From positions 37,485 through 101,484 of the forward strand of contig CAZUXL010000002.1 in the NCBI GenBank assembly GCA_964624355.1: a stretch of DNA of 64,000 nt, given 5' to 3'. The stretch comes from an uncultured Spirochaetales bacterium (GTDB lineage Bacteria > Spirochaetota > Spirochaetia > JABEVK01). The position numbers and the translations under genes are program-made. The notes beneath the pieces are model-generated. The model worked only from the letters and a program-made list of their open reading frames with translations, was not told the origin of the DNA and did not search any database. Positions within the stretch are counted from its first letter, which is position 1. The number at the start of each line of letters is the position of its first letter. Below are positions 39,610 to 48,943 of this stretch, one piece after another.

Positions 39610-40323
39610 CTATTTTTTGTGTTTTGTTTTTTTTCTCTCCAGGGAAATTTCTCCCGGTGAGAGGGGCAGCCGCCTGACTTTGGGTAGATGAAGATTATAT
39701 TTCATGGCCACCAGTCTAAGGACAATGGTAAAGATGATGGTAATACTCAGGGCAATCTGTGAATCCACCCCCAGGTAATCCAATCCATAGTACACAAGAC
39801 TACCCAAGGCTGCCGCCGTGGCATAAAAGTCCGCATGAATTACCACAGGCATTTCCCTGACTAAAATATCCCGAATCACCCCTCCCCCCGTGGCGGTTAT
39901 CGCCCCGGCCATGACCGTTCCCAGGGGACCTAATCCCGCTTCCACACCTTTGGCGGCCCCCAGAGCTGCAAAGACCCCCAGACCTATGGCATCGGCAAAT
40001 TTAATCCAGTCCCACCACCGGGCAATTCTTGGAGCGAGAAAGTATACCAGGACCCCCCCCAGAAGACAAAGGACGAAGTAGCTTTCGTCGGTAAAGGGTC
40101 CGGGAGGAACCTGTCCCAGGATGAGATCCCGGATAATTCCACCACCCACCCCCGTGAACACCGCCAAAATCAGGACACCGAGGATATCCAGCTCGTATTT
40201 AACAGCTTTAAAGGCTCCCGCAAGAGCAAAAACCAGGGTTCCAAACAGGTCAAGAAAGTGGAAAAAAGTCATAATCGGGAGTATGGGGAAAAAAGTAAGA
40301 AGGTTCAAGTCGACGAGCCCCAT
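39610..40323 (-). CDS. UPF0126 (YadS/YicG-type, TRIC-like) membrane protein
   Basis: Two repeats with the GxGGGxxRD signature (GVGGGIIRD, ATGGGVIRD). Confidence 0.7.
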   Translation of the reverse strand: MGLVDLNLLTFFPILPIMTFFHFLDLFGTLVFALAGAFKAVKYELDILGVLILAVFTGVGGGIIRDLILGQVPPGPFTDESYFVLCLLGGVLVYFLAPRIARWWDWIKFADAIGLGVFAALGAAKGVEAGLGPLGTVMAGAITATGGGVIRDILVREMPVVIHADFYATAAALGSLVYYGLDYLGVDSQIALSITIIFTIVLRLVAMKYNLHLPKVRRLPLSPGEISLERKKTKHKK

Positions 40324-40369
40324 AGCCTGCGAGGTTCCCTACATTCTATTCTCTCAGTATTATTAAACC

Positions 40370-41734
40370 ATGCAGGAACAGAGAATAAATATTCATGGAC
40401 AAAAAGCTGTGGGGTCTGGTCCGGTGATCTATTGGATGCAGGCAGCAGTTCGTATCGACGACAATCCCGCCTTAAATTATGCCCTGGCCCAGGCCAAAGA
40501 GCTCAATCGTCCTTTTTTTGTATTTTTTGGTCTGGATTTTGCTTTTCCTGGGGCAAACCACCGAAGTTTTACCTTTCTTTTCCAAGGTTTGGAGTCCGTG
40601 AGAGCCCAATTTGAATCCCGGGGAATTAAATTTTTTATACTAAAGGGAACCGGGCCAGAACTACTTAAGCTTATCCCCAAGGATGTGGGACTCCTGGTCA
40701 CCGACCGGGGTTATCTTTCGCTCCAGAGGAGTTGGAGAGCCCAAGTGGCTCAGTTTCTCCCCTGCCGCTTTGTGGAAGTGGAAACCGAAACCTGCGTCCC
40801 TGTGGAAGTGGCCAGTCCCAAGGATCAGTGGTCCGCTGCCACCCTTCGGCGGCGGCTTGTCCCCTTGCTGCCATTTTTTGCGGATCCCGAGTCCCCCGGT
40901 GGAATAACCGCCATGGCGGGGGACCTTCCTTCTGGATGGTCAGATTTGGTTTTATCCCCGGAAGAAATATTAAAAAAAATACAAACCTTGGAGATCCTTC
41001 CCGGTAATGCCCGTTTAAAAGGGGGGGAGAATGCCGCCCTAGAACTTTTGGAGTCCTTTGCGGCGTGTAAGCTCGCCGATTATGACAAAAATAAAAATGA
41101 CCCGGTACTTCAGGCCTCTTCCGGACTCAGTCCCTATCTTCACTTTGGTCATATAAGCCCCCGGAGGATCAGAACCCGAATCCTCCAGGAGTCCGGGGGG
41201 GAGAATTCTGAAGCGTTTTTGGAACAGCTCATCGTCCGTAGGGAGTTGAGCTTCAATTACTCCTGGTACAATCCCTTAGCCGGTACTTATGAAGGATTAC
41301 CTGCCTGGGCTCGCAAGACCCTGGATGGCCATGCTATGGATTCTCGGGAGTACACGTATGGTTTAGAACAATGGGACAAGGGTGAGACCCACGACAGGGG
41401 ATGGAATGCAGCTCAAATCCAGCTCAGGCAAACCGGGGTCATGGCGGGGTATATGAGGATGTACTGGGGTAAAAAAATACTGGAATGGTCAAAAACCCCC
41501 CAGCTGGCCTTCGTCACAGCCCTTTATTTAAATAATAAGTACGCCCTGGATGGCCGGGATTCCAATTCCATCGTGGGCGTCGCCTGGTGTTTTGGCCTTC
41601 ACGATCGTCCTTGGGGAGAGCGAAAAGTTTTTGGTATGATCCGGTACATGAATGAAAAAGGACTCCGCCGAAAGTTTGATCTGGAGGCCTACATTCAAGC
41701 CCAGGGGAAATCTGAAAGTTCTTCCCTTGCTTAA
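40370..41734 (+). CDS. phr: Deoxyribodipyrimidine photolyase, class II
   Basis: N-terminus GSGPVIYWMQAAVRIDDNPAL...FFVFFGLD closely matches class II CPD photolyases ([21 protein letters not shown]...VVVFCL). 454 aa. Confidence 0.75.
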   Translation: MQEQRINIHGQKAVGSGPVIYWMQAAVRIDDNPALNYALAQAKELNRPFFVFFGLDFAFPGANHRSFTFLFQGLESVRAQFESRGIKFFILKGTGPELLKLIPKDVGLLVTDRGYLSLQRSWRAQVAQFLPCRFVEVETETCVPVEVASPKDQWSAATLRRRLVPLLPFFADPESPGGITAMAGDLPSGWSDLVLSPEEILKKIQTLEILPGNARLKGGENAALELLESFAACKLADYDKNKNDPVLQASSGLSPYLHFGHISPRRIRTRILQESGGENSEAFLEQLIVRRELSFNYSWYNPLAGTYEGLPAWARKTLDGHAMDSREYTYGLEQWDKGETHDRGWNAAQIQLRQTGVMAGYMRMYWGKKILEWSKTPQLAFVTALYLNNKYALDGRDSNSIVGVAWCFGLHDRPWGERKVFGMIRYMNEKGLRRKFDLEAYIQAQGKSESSSLA

Positions 41735-41763
41735 AAAGATCTCTTTTAGGATAATGTTAGAAC

Positions 41764-42741
41764 ATGAACCCCTTTGACTACCTATCTCCCGATTTGGTGC
41801 TTAACTCTGTGGAGCAATCTTTCAACCTCATTTTAGACCCGCAAATCATCCCCTTTCCCTCCTATATCAACCGGGTTTACGGAATAAAAACCGATGAAGG
41901 ACAGGATCTGGTGGTGAAGTTTTATCGCCCCGGGCGATGGTCCCCCGAGGCTTTGGAGGAAGAGCAGAACTTCATATTTGATTGTCAGGAAGCGGAATTA
42001 CCGGTGATCGCTCCCTTGCCCGATCCAGAGGGATACACCTTGGGGGAAGTAGAATTGGGAATTCCTTCCGGTGAAACCCTGGTCTATAACTTCTCAGTAT
42101 TTGAAAAAAAAGCCGGCCGGGTTTTCGACGCCGAAGGAGACGGGGATTGGCTGCGTTTGGGCAGACTCTTGGGGCGGCTTCATGAAGTAGGGCGGCGAGA
42201 GAAATTCAATCACAGGATTAAAAACAGCCCTGGTCTCACGGAAAAACAAGTGTTGAAACTCCTACCCCTGGTTCACCCGGATGTGAAATCCGAGTGGGAG
42301 GATATTATTTTCACAAGCCTGGAGTTGGTTAAAGCATCATTTGAAGGACAATCATTCCATCGAATCCATGGAGATTGTCACCGAGGTAATATCTTAAACC
42401 GGGATCCTCAAGGTCTGCTGCTCATGGACTTTGACGATTGCCAGATGGGGCCGCCGGTGCAGGATCTGTGGCTGCTTCTCCCTGGAGCCCGGGAAGAGTG
42501 TCACCGGGAGACTGTTTTACTTTCTGAAGGGTACAGGGAGTTTTCCGATTCTGGGAAATTAAATTGGGATTTGGTGGAACCGTTGCGATTTATGCGCATG
42601 GTACATTTTCTCACCTGGTGCAGCAGTCAAAAGGAGGATAAAGGATTTGATCACCATTTTCCCGGATGGGGAACCCGATCCTTCTGGATCCGGGAAACAG
42701 AAGATTTTCGGGACCAACTACGCCGGCTTAACCCAGATTAA
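41764..42741 (+). CDS. SrkA/YihE(RdoA)-like protein kinase of the aminoglycoside-phosphotransferase fold
   Basis: Catalytic IHGDCHRGNIL and DFDD motifs. About 325 aa. Confidence 0.65.
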   Translation: MNPFDYLSPDLVLNSVEQSFNLILDPQIIPFPSYINRVYGIKTDEGQDLVVKFYRPGRWSPEALEEEQNFIFDCQEAELPVIAPLPDPEGYTLGEVELGIPSGETLVYNFSVFEKKAGRVFDAEGDGDWLRLGRLLGRLHEVGRREKFNHRIKNSPGLTEKQVLKLLPLVHPDVKSEWEDIIFTSLELVKASFEGQSFHRIHGDCHRGNILNRDPQGLLLMDFDDCQMGPPVQDLWLLLPGAREECHRETVLLSEGYREFSDSGKLNWDLVEPLRFMRMVHFLTWCSSQKEDKGFDHHFPGWGTRSFWIRETEDFRDQLRRLNPD

Positions 42742-43075
42742 CCCGGTCTCCTTTAGTATGGGGGGCTGAGATCAATAAAAATAAAAGATCTTCTACCCCA
42801 TCATTCCAAAGGCTGTGGAGCATCCCTGGGGGGATTTCCAATCCTTGGCCGGAACGTACCAGTTGTTTATCTTTTCCGATGATAAAAGAACCTTCACCGG
42901 AAAGGATGAAATAGAATTCCCTGGATTTCCGGTGGTAATGCTGAATCTCCCCCCGGGCAGGGGGTATTCTTTCATAATTGATACTCAGATCCGGACGTTC
43001 TAGAAATTTCCATCCCTCGCAGTCCCTTCCCCAGGTGAATAATTCCGCATTTGACAGGTCCATGGGTCCGAGCAT
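42728..43075 (-). CDS. Cupin-domain protein
   Basis: Cupin_2 motif G(x)5HxH...E...G (GEIQHYHRKSREFYFILSGEG). Confidence 0.6.
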   Translation of the reverse strand: MLGPMDLSNAELFTWGRDCEGWKFLERPDLSINYERIPPARGEIQHYHRKSREFYFILSGEGSFIIGKDKQLVRSGQGLEIPPGMLHSLWNDGVEDLLFLLISAPHTKGDRVNLG

Positions 43076-46000
43076 TAACGGGCTCCTAACTCAAGGATCA
43101 GTTCTACCTCTCCCATACTGAGCTTTGTCGCCCGGGAGATTTCTTCTTTGGACCAACCCTGATGGGACAATTTTACCACGGTTTGGCGCATATCCATGGC
43201 GGGCGCGCCTTTTACCTTACTGGCGGAAGCGGGACTGGCTTTCACCAGGGTTCCCAGCAGCTTCACCTGCTCTTCCGCCTCTTGGCTCACTTCCTGGAGT
43301 CTGGTTTCTGTCCTAGCCAGCCATTCTCTGGCCTGTTCCATTTTTTCTGTTCGCTTTTCTATATCCACCAGAAGGGTAGAGATACTCCTAAGATTTGAGA
43401 GGGCCGATTCCGATTCTTCCTTGCCCCCTGAAAGCTCCTTAAACCGCTTTTTCAGGTTTTCTACTTCTGCGGGCATGGATCCCAAATTACCAGAAAGATC
43501 TTTCACGGATTTTTCCATTTTTTCCAAAAGGGAGTAGTTCCTATCCACCGCATCGGAGGTGGTATCCAAAATGGTTCTCTTTTTTTCTAAACGATCAAAC
43601 CGGGTTTCCACATCTTTTTCATAATCTTCCAATTTTCGGATTTTAAGCTGGATTTCCTGGAGCATGTCGTGACTTTCGGTGATCTGTTTCAATCGTTCGT
43701 CCACGCTTTGCGATACCGCCAGAACCCGGGAGAAATCTGAATCCAACAGGTCGATTCGTTTTTTCTCCGCCATGAACCGGGCAAGCTTATCTGATATCTC
43801 GTCACTCATTTTTCGGATCCGGGACATCTGGGAGTCCATTTCCACCAGGTCTTTTTTCTGGAGGTCAACTTTAGCAAGGTCATTTTTAAGATCTTCGATG
43901 GACTCTTGTAGTTCCAACTTAAGAATATCCGCTCGTTCAAAAATTTTTGTCTGGGAAATAAATGATTTCTGATTCTTGTCAATTTCTTCCAAGGTGACCA
44001 CGGGAAGATTAAAATGATCTTCAATCTTTCCAAAGAGTTTCTTCTGAAGGGCTTCTGCCTTATCTTTTGTTTCCTGGGCGGCGGAGCGGAATTCTTTCAG
44101 CCGTTGATCCAAGTCACCGGTCATCTCCCGGGTTTTTTTCTGGAAGTCCACAGTGAAGCTGTCATAATCCCTTCGGAAGGTTTCCAAAGCCGCTTCAGAG
44201 CGCTTGCTCACATCCACTTCCAATTGATTTACCGATTCTTTGAGGAGGGAAATTTCATTTTTAAGCAGGACTCGTTCCTCATTGGTGGAGAGCAGCAGGT
44301 CCTCCTTCTGCTTGGAAAAGTCTTCTTTTACAGCGGTGATTTTTTCATTGATCCCGGATTTAAAGTTTTGGTATTGGTCCAGAAGTTCGTTCTCGGTTTC
44401 TTTTACTTTCTGGGAAAATCGAGTCTGCCAAATGGTAATATCCGATTCTGCAGCGTTAACCGAGGCCTGAAGCTGCCCTTGAACCCCTTCCAGTCTTTCG
44501 GAGAATCCCTTGAGTTTTCCATCCATTTCTCTCTCGAGTTTGGTCAGGGATTCTTTTAGTTGCAGTTCGTGCTTTCCGATTTCCTGTTCCAATTTTGCCA
44601 GGGACGCTCTCTCCATGGTTCCCATTTCATCCCGAAGTGTTTTTCCGGAGTCCTCCAAACGGTTTGTGAGGGTAACCAAACTCTCCTCGACCCGGGATTG
44701 GTGGCTACGGATCTGGAGGTCCAAACGTTCGGAATTCTGGGCAGCTAAGGTTTGAAGAAAAACTTGTTTTTCCTCGAGAAGGCTAGTGAAGGATTTTTCC
44801 AAGTCCTGTCTCTTGGTTTCCGATTCTACTGCCAAATCTTTCAGACGGGTTTGCATGGTCAGATGCCATTCATCGAAGGTCCGGGACATGGAAGCGTTTC
44901 GTTTTTGGAGATCTGCAAAAAAATCATCCTCAAAAACCTGGAGTTTTTCACTCACATTGTCATAAGCCTTGGCCTTAAGATCTTCCAATTCCTTTTCCAG
45001 CGCTCCTAAGGAGGTGGATAGGGCGGTGAAATTCCCCAGAAGTTCTTGGTGTTCTTGGGTTTGAAGAACCTTCATCCGGGATTCAAAGGCTTCCAGATCC
45101 ATTTTTACCCTGGTTCCTGCTTGCGCCATTTCACTGCGGAGGTGGGCTTCCAATTGGGAGACCTCACCTTCGAAGGATTCTAGAGAAGTCAAACGGTACT
45201 GAAAAGATTTTTCTTGGTCGGCGATTTTACCATCAACCCGGGCAAGGAAGGCCTCACCCGAGGCTTCTGCGGTTTTTTGGAGGTCACTAAACCGGGTTTC
45301 CAAGGCTTCCATATCCGATTGAAGATCCTTGTGGAGGTCACGGGCGTCTTCTTTTAAAGCGTCCTGGGCAGATTTAAGGTTTTGAATTCCTGCATTCACA
45401 TCTTTTGCTGCGGTTTGAAGATTTACACCCCAGGCGGTGGCGGAGGTTTTTATTTGTTCCTGAATTTTTACCGTAAGTTTTTGTAGCAGGTCTGTATTGA
45501 ATTTTTCCGCATGGACGGCGGTATCTTCCAAGCGTTTATGGAAGGCTTTCTCTGCCCCTGACCACTCCTGTTCAAATTGCCGGCTCTTTTGCTGAAGATG
45601 TTCTTCCAGTCCTTTCATCTGAATTTGATTTTTATCCAAAGCCCGAGCTAGGAGTTCCTGAAGTTGTTTTTGACTCTCGGTCATGAAAACTTGCTTCCTA
45701 TCCTCCAAACCATCTATAAACTTTCGGTAGGCTTCAGTTTTATCCCCCGCCTCCAGAGCCTTTCTTTCCACCAGTTCCGTTTCCCTGGCGACTAGGCTCT
45801 TATACTGGTCAAGAATATGTCCCAAGGTCGCAGCATTGTCCTGGTGAAATCGGGCTTGAAGTTCGGGAAGGGATCCTTCAATTTCCTGAATTTGCTCCGC
45901 TGCTAACTTGATCCTCCGGCCTACTTTGTCCACAAATTCACTCTCGTCCTTAAGGCGGGATAAATTTTCATCCACCTGGTTGGATAGGGTGTACAGCCCA

Positions 46001-46329
46001 TCGATCCTGGTTCCATAATCTTCAATGCGACCTTTGAGAGTTTCCAGTTCTGGTGCTTTCCCGGCCAGTTCTTCTTCCACTGTTTTGATTCGTTTGATGA
46101 TTTCTTTTCCGGTTTTCTGATGAACTTCCAACTCCACAGTGAAATCTTTTATTTCCTGGGTTCTCAGTTCGATAAATCCTTCCAAGTCAGCCCTGACGGT
46201 ATCGGCATACTTTCGGATTTTATCCAGAGATCGGTTATTTTTATCCATTTGGCGGTAAATAAGCAGTACTATGCCCACCACTCCTAATATAAGGAGGTTA
46301 GAGAGATTGAAGACGTCCATTTTGCCCAC
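43075..46329 (-). CDS. Giant (1084 aa) membrane-anchored coiled-coil protein with a C-terminal HTH-like tail
   Basis: Single N-terminal TM helix. About 1000 aa of heptad-rich Glu/Lys/Leu/Gln sequence. C-terminus SHQGWSKEEISRATKLSMGEVELILEL resembles a sigma-70 region-4 / LuxR-type HTH. Confidence 0.55.
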   Translation of the reverse strand: MGKMDVFNLSNLLILGVVGIVLLIYRQMDKNNRSLDKIRKYADTVRADLEGFIELRTQEIKDFTVELEVHQKTGKEIIKRIKTVEEELAGKAPELETLKGRIEDYGTRIDGLYTLSNQVDENLSRLKDESEFVDKVGRRIKLAAEQIQEIEGSLPELQARFHQDNAATLGHILDQYKSLVARETELVERKALEAGDKTEAYRKFIDGLEDRKQVFMTESQKQLQELLARALDKNQIQMKGLEEHLQQKSRQFEQEWSGAEKAFHKRLEDTAVHAEKFNTDLLQKLTVKIQEQIKTSATAWGVNLQTAAKDVNAGIQNLKSAQDALKEDARDLHKDLQSDMEALETRFSDLQKTAEASGEAFLARVDGKIADQEKSFQYRLTSLESFEGEVSQLEAHLRSEMAQAGTRVKMDLEAFESRMKVLQTQEHQELLGNFTALSTSLGALEKELEDLKAKAYDNVSEKLQVFEDDFFADLQKRNASMSRTFDEWHLTMQTRLKDLAVESETKRQDLEKSFTSLLEEKQVFLQTLAAQNSERLDLQIRSHQSRVEESLVTLTNRLEDSGKTLRDEMGTMERASLAKLEQEIGKHELQLKESLTKLEREMDGKLKGFSERLEGVQGQLQASVNAAESDITIWQTRFSQKVKETENELLDQYQNFKSGINEKITAVKEDFSKQKEDLLLSTNEERVLLKNEISLLKESVNQLEVDVSKRSEAALETFRRDYDSFTVDFQKKTREMTGDLDQRLKEFRSAAQETKDKAEALQKKLFGKIEDHFNLPVVTLEEIDKNQKSFISQTKIFERADILKLELQESIEDLKNDLAKVDLQKKDLVEMDSQMSRIRKMSDEISDKLARFMAEKKRIDLLDSDFSRVLAVSQSVDERLKQITESHDMLQEIQLKIRKLEDYEKDVETRFDRLEKKRTILDTTSDAVDRNYSLLEKMEKSVKDLSGNLGSMPAEVENLKKRFKELSGGKEESESALSNLRSISTLLVDIEKRTEKMEQAREWLARTETRLQEVSQEAEEQVKLLGTLVKASPASASKVKGAPAMDMRQTVVKLSHQGWSKEEISRATKLSMGEVELILELGAR

Positions 46330-46366
46330 TCCCAGGGTTCTTTGAAATGTATTTTAATACGAAATG

Positions 46367-47026
46367 TCAGCTTTTGGCGAGACAGCGGAAGATATAATTT
46401 TCCAATTCTTCATAATTCTTGAAAGAAAAGTCCGCCAAGCTGTCAGACGGAGGGCGTGATGTCAGGTGAGCGGCTAAAAAGCCCGCTCTTTTTGCACCGA
46501 GGATATCATAACGATAGGAATTCCCCACATAGAGAATCTTGGAAGGTTCGCATCCCAGCTCTAGTGCCAGGCGGTGGAAGGCTTCAGGCCTGGGTTTCAG
46601 GGCACCGGTTTCTTCACTGGAAAAGACCGTAGTCCAATAACCATCCAACCCCATATCCCTCAACCGGTTCCGAATGGGGAAGTCGGACATGACTGCAAGT
46701 TTCAACCCTGCGGTCTTCAGTCTTCCCAGGGTTTCCGCCAAACCGGGAAAGGGCTTGACCTTGGTGAAGAGTTTAAACCACTGTTTGTATATTTTTTGTT
46801 CGATCAAAGCGTAGGCCCGTCCAGGATTAATACCCAAAATCCGTCCGACTTTTTCTGCCTGCATCCGGTTAAATTCCAACACCGGCCCTTGATTTCTCAG
46901 CTCAATTCTAGCTTTTTCTAAAGCCAGGAGTAGCCTTGCATGGGTTAAAACGAAGGGGATAGACCGGAGGTTCATGAATAACTCCGGGTAGAGGGTACCA
47001 TCTAGATCAAGGGCCACTGCTTTCAA
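46367..47026 (-). CDS. HAD-superfamily hydrolase (subfamily IA)
   Basis: Motif I ALDLDGTLY. Motif IV VGNSYRYDILGAKRAG. Confidence 0.75.
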   Translation of the reverse strand: MKAVALDLDGTLYPELFMNLRSIPFVLTHARLLLALEKARIELRNQGPVLEFNRMQAEKVGRILGINPGRAYALIEQKIYKQWFKLFTKVKPFPGLAETLGRLKTAGLKLAVMSDFPIRNRLRDMGLDGYWTTVFSSEETGALKPRPEAFHRLALELGCEPSKILYVGNSYRYDILGAKRAGFLAAHLTSRPPSDSLADFSFKNYEELENYIFRCLAKS

Positions 47027-47054
47027 TAATTAACCTTATGAATAAAACTTTATT

Positions 47055-47897
47055 CTACTTTGATAAAATGGTGAAAATAACTCGTCCGTGAATGTCCTGA
47101 CCATTGGTTTGAAATGTCCAATTTCTCAAAGCTTTTTCCACGGAAACCCGTAGAAGTCTCCATTCCTCCGATGTTTCAGGAGTTTTGGCTATATTGCCGG
47201 AAATACCTTTCAAAATCAAGGTTTGAGGATCTAATTTTATTAATCCGCCGGAACCGATGACAAATCTTACTTCCAATTCGCCAGTGGCTGTACCCTGGGG
47301 AACTACAGGGGGGATCAAAGGCAGCGGACGGGCGTTTATAACCCCCTCTTCAAGCTCCACCGGATTTCCCGAACCGGCTTCAAATTTTCGTTTACCCTCG
47401 GTGGGAGCCCGCCCTGAATCCCTGGAAAGCAAGTCGTTCAGGGCTTCCAAGTTTTCCAGCCCCTCCAACTTCTCGGGGGTCTGTACTTGGTTTGACGATG
47501 AGGCGGCCTGGAGTCCAGTGTCTTGAGGCCGTGGAGCCGGAGGTTTCGGCGTTTCGTATATATCGGTAGAAGGGCGGGTACTTTCAGAAACTTTTTCAGG
47601 TGGGATTGGTGAATCATTCTTCATTTGGGGTGTTTGGGGGAGCGCCGGCGCTGGAGCGGGGGAGGAGGACGCCGGAACCGTCTTGGTAGGGGGGGGAATC
47701 ACAGCCGCAGGGGTTTTCTTTTCCCCCGCCAAGTTATCCAAACCCGTACCCAATTCCACCCGAATGGCCCCCATGGGTATCCTTTCTTCTTTGGATTCCA
47801 GTGGTATCAACAATAGGAGAAGGAGTAGAAAGATATGAAGCCCCCCCCCCACTCCCAGAGCCCTGGTTAAACGGTTTCGGTCGGCAAGTTCCATCAT
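47055..47897 (-). CDS. tonB: TonB-family energy transducer
   Basis: N-terminal TM. Long Pro/Ala-rich spacer (PAPAPALPQTPQ...). C-terminal TonB_C-like domain. Overlaps exbD. Confidence 0.6.
   Translation of the reverse strand: MMELADRNRLTRALGVGGGLHIFLLLLLLLIPLESKEERIPMGAIRVELGTGLDNLAGEKKTPAAVIPPPTKTVPASSSPAPAPALPQTPQMKNDSPIPPEKVSESTRPSTDIYETPKPPAPRPQDTGLQAASSSNQVQTPEKLEGLENLEALNDLLSRDSGRAPTEGKRKFEAGSGNPVELEEGVINARPLPLIPPVVPQGTATGELEVRFVIGSGGLIKLDPQTLILKGISGNIAKTPETSEEWRLLRVSVEKALRNWTFQTNGQDIHGRVIFTILSK
47841..47850. repeat. C10 (coding-strand G10) homopolymer tract inside tonB (codons GVGGGL)
   Basis: Ten consecutive C on the plus strand. Seen directly. Confidence 0.9.
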
Positions 47898-48307
47898 TTA
47901 CCTCCGGGAACCCGGGTTTTTAGATTTATGGATTGGAAACCTGCGATTCTCAAGGCGTCCAAAACCTCTATCATCAGGGCGTAGCTCACACCTTCATCCC
48001 CCAGGACCATCACGGATTTGATCTCCCGGCGCTCCTGTTCTGAGTAGGCGGAAAGGCGAAGGGATAGGCTTTCCAAACTGTGGAGTTCCTGGTTCAGATA
48101 AATATTGTATTTATCTTTCACCGATACGGTCAGGGTCGTCACCGTGGTTTGTTCTGCGGTTTGAGAAGTGGGTAAGAGCATAGTAATGGCCGGAGCCACA
48201 TTGAAGGTGGTGGAGACCATAAAAAAGAAGAGGATGGTGATGGACACATCGATCATGGGAACCAAATCCACCGAACTTTTCGTCGATAACCGTCTCCTGA
48301 AGGTCAT
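47894..48307 (-). CDS. exbD: ExbD/TolR biopolymer transport protein
   Basis: N-terminal VDLVPMIDVSITILFFFMV TM and an ExbD fold. 137 aa. Confidence 0.85.
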   Translation of the reverse strand: MTFRRRLSTKSSVDLVPMIDVSITILFFFMVSTTFNVAPAITMLLPTSQTAEQTTVTTLTVSVKDKYNIYLNQELHSLESLSLRLSAYSEQERREIKSVMVLGDEGVSYALMIEVLDALRIAGFQSINLKTRVPGGK

Positions 48308-48936
48308 TGGGTTCCTCCCTGGGGACGCCGGGCTTTATCCAGGTAGAGCACCAGTTCATTCACCCTATTTTCCAACCGGATGATGGAATGATTGACTTTG
48401 TTGGTGAGGTAATTATAAAAAATAGTCGCAGGCACGGCGACGATGATACCCGCTGCGGTGGTGATCAAAGCTGTCCCAATTCCCCCAGCCAAGGCCGCGG
48501 GGTCACCCACACCTGCCAGTTGATTCAGCACATTGAAGGCCATAATGATTCCCTGTACCGTACCAAAGAGTCCTAAAAGCGGAGCAATGGTGGAAATAGT
48601 ACCCAGTGTAGTGATGTACTGTTCCATTTTTGGAATCTCTTGGTTAGCGGTGTCCATGACCATATCTCTAACCACGGAAACCGGCTGGTCCCTGAGGGAA
48701 ATTCCCACCTTCATCAAGTTGGTAATGGGGGATGGTTGGGCGTCGCAGATGGCCAAGGCCTCCTCATAATGGCCCTTTTCCATGGTGGATTTGAGCCGGG
48801 AAAGCAGGAGGTCTTCATTCACCCTGTTTTTCCGGAAATACATGAACCTTTCCACCACGATTGTGAGGGAAACCAATGAGAGGAACAAAAGAACATACAT
48901 CACCGGTCCACCGGAAATAAAAATCTGTATCATCAT
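48304..48936 (-). CDS. exbB: ExbB/TolQ/MotA-family proton channel
   Basis: Three TM helices. Conserved LGLFGTVQGIIMAF segment. Confidence 0.85.
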   Translation of the reverse strand: MMIQIFISGGPVMYVLLFLSLVSLTIVVERFMYFRKNRVNEDLLLSRLKSTMEKGHYEEALAICDAQPSPITNLMKVGISLRDQPVSVVRDMVMDTANQEIPKMEQYITTLGTISTIAPLLGLFGTVQGIIMAFNVLNQLAGVGDPAALAGGIGTALITTAAGIIVAVPATIFYNYLTNKVNHSIIRLENRVNELVLYLDKARRPQGGTQ

Positions 48937-48943
48937 AAACTCC

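Noticed and set aside
43125-45009. Eight plus-strand ORFs of 60–180 aa lying antisense to the 1084 aa coiled-coil gene
   Set aside because: They are low-complexity Ser/Phe/Leu-rich translations of the reverse strand of a Glu/Lys/Leu-rich coiled-coil gene and have no start-site context. This is a classic antisense artefact.
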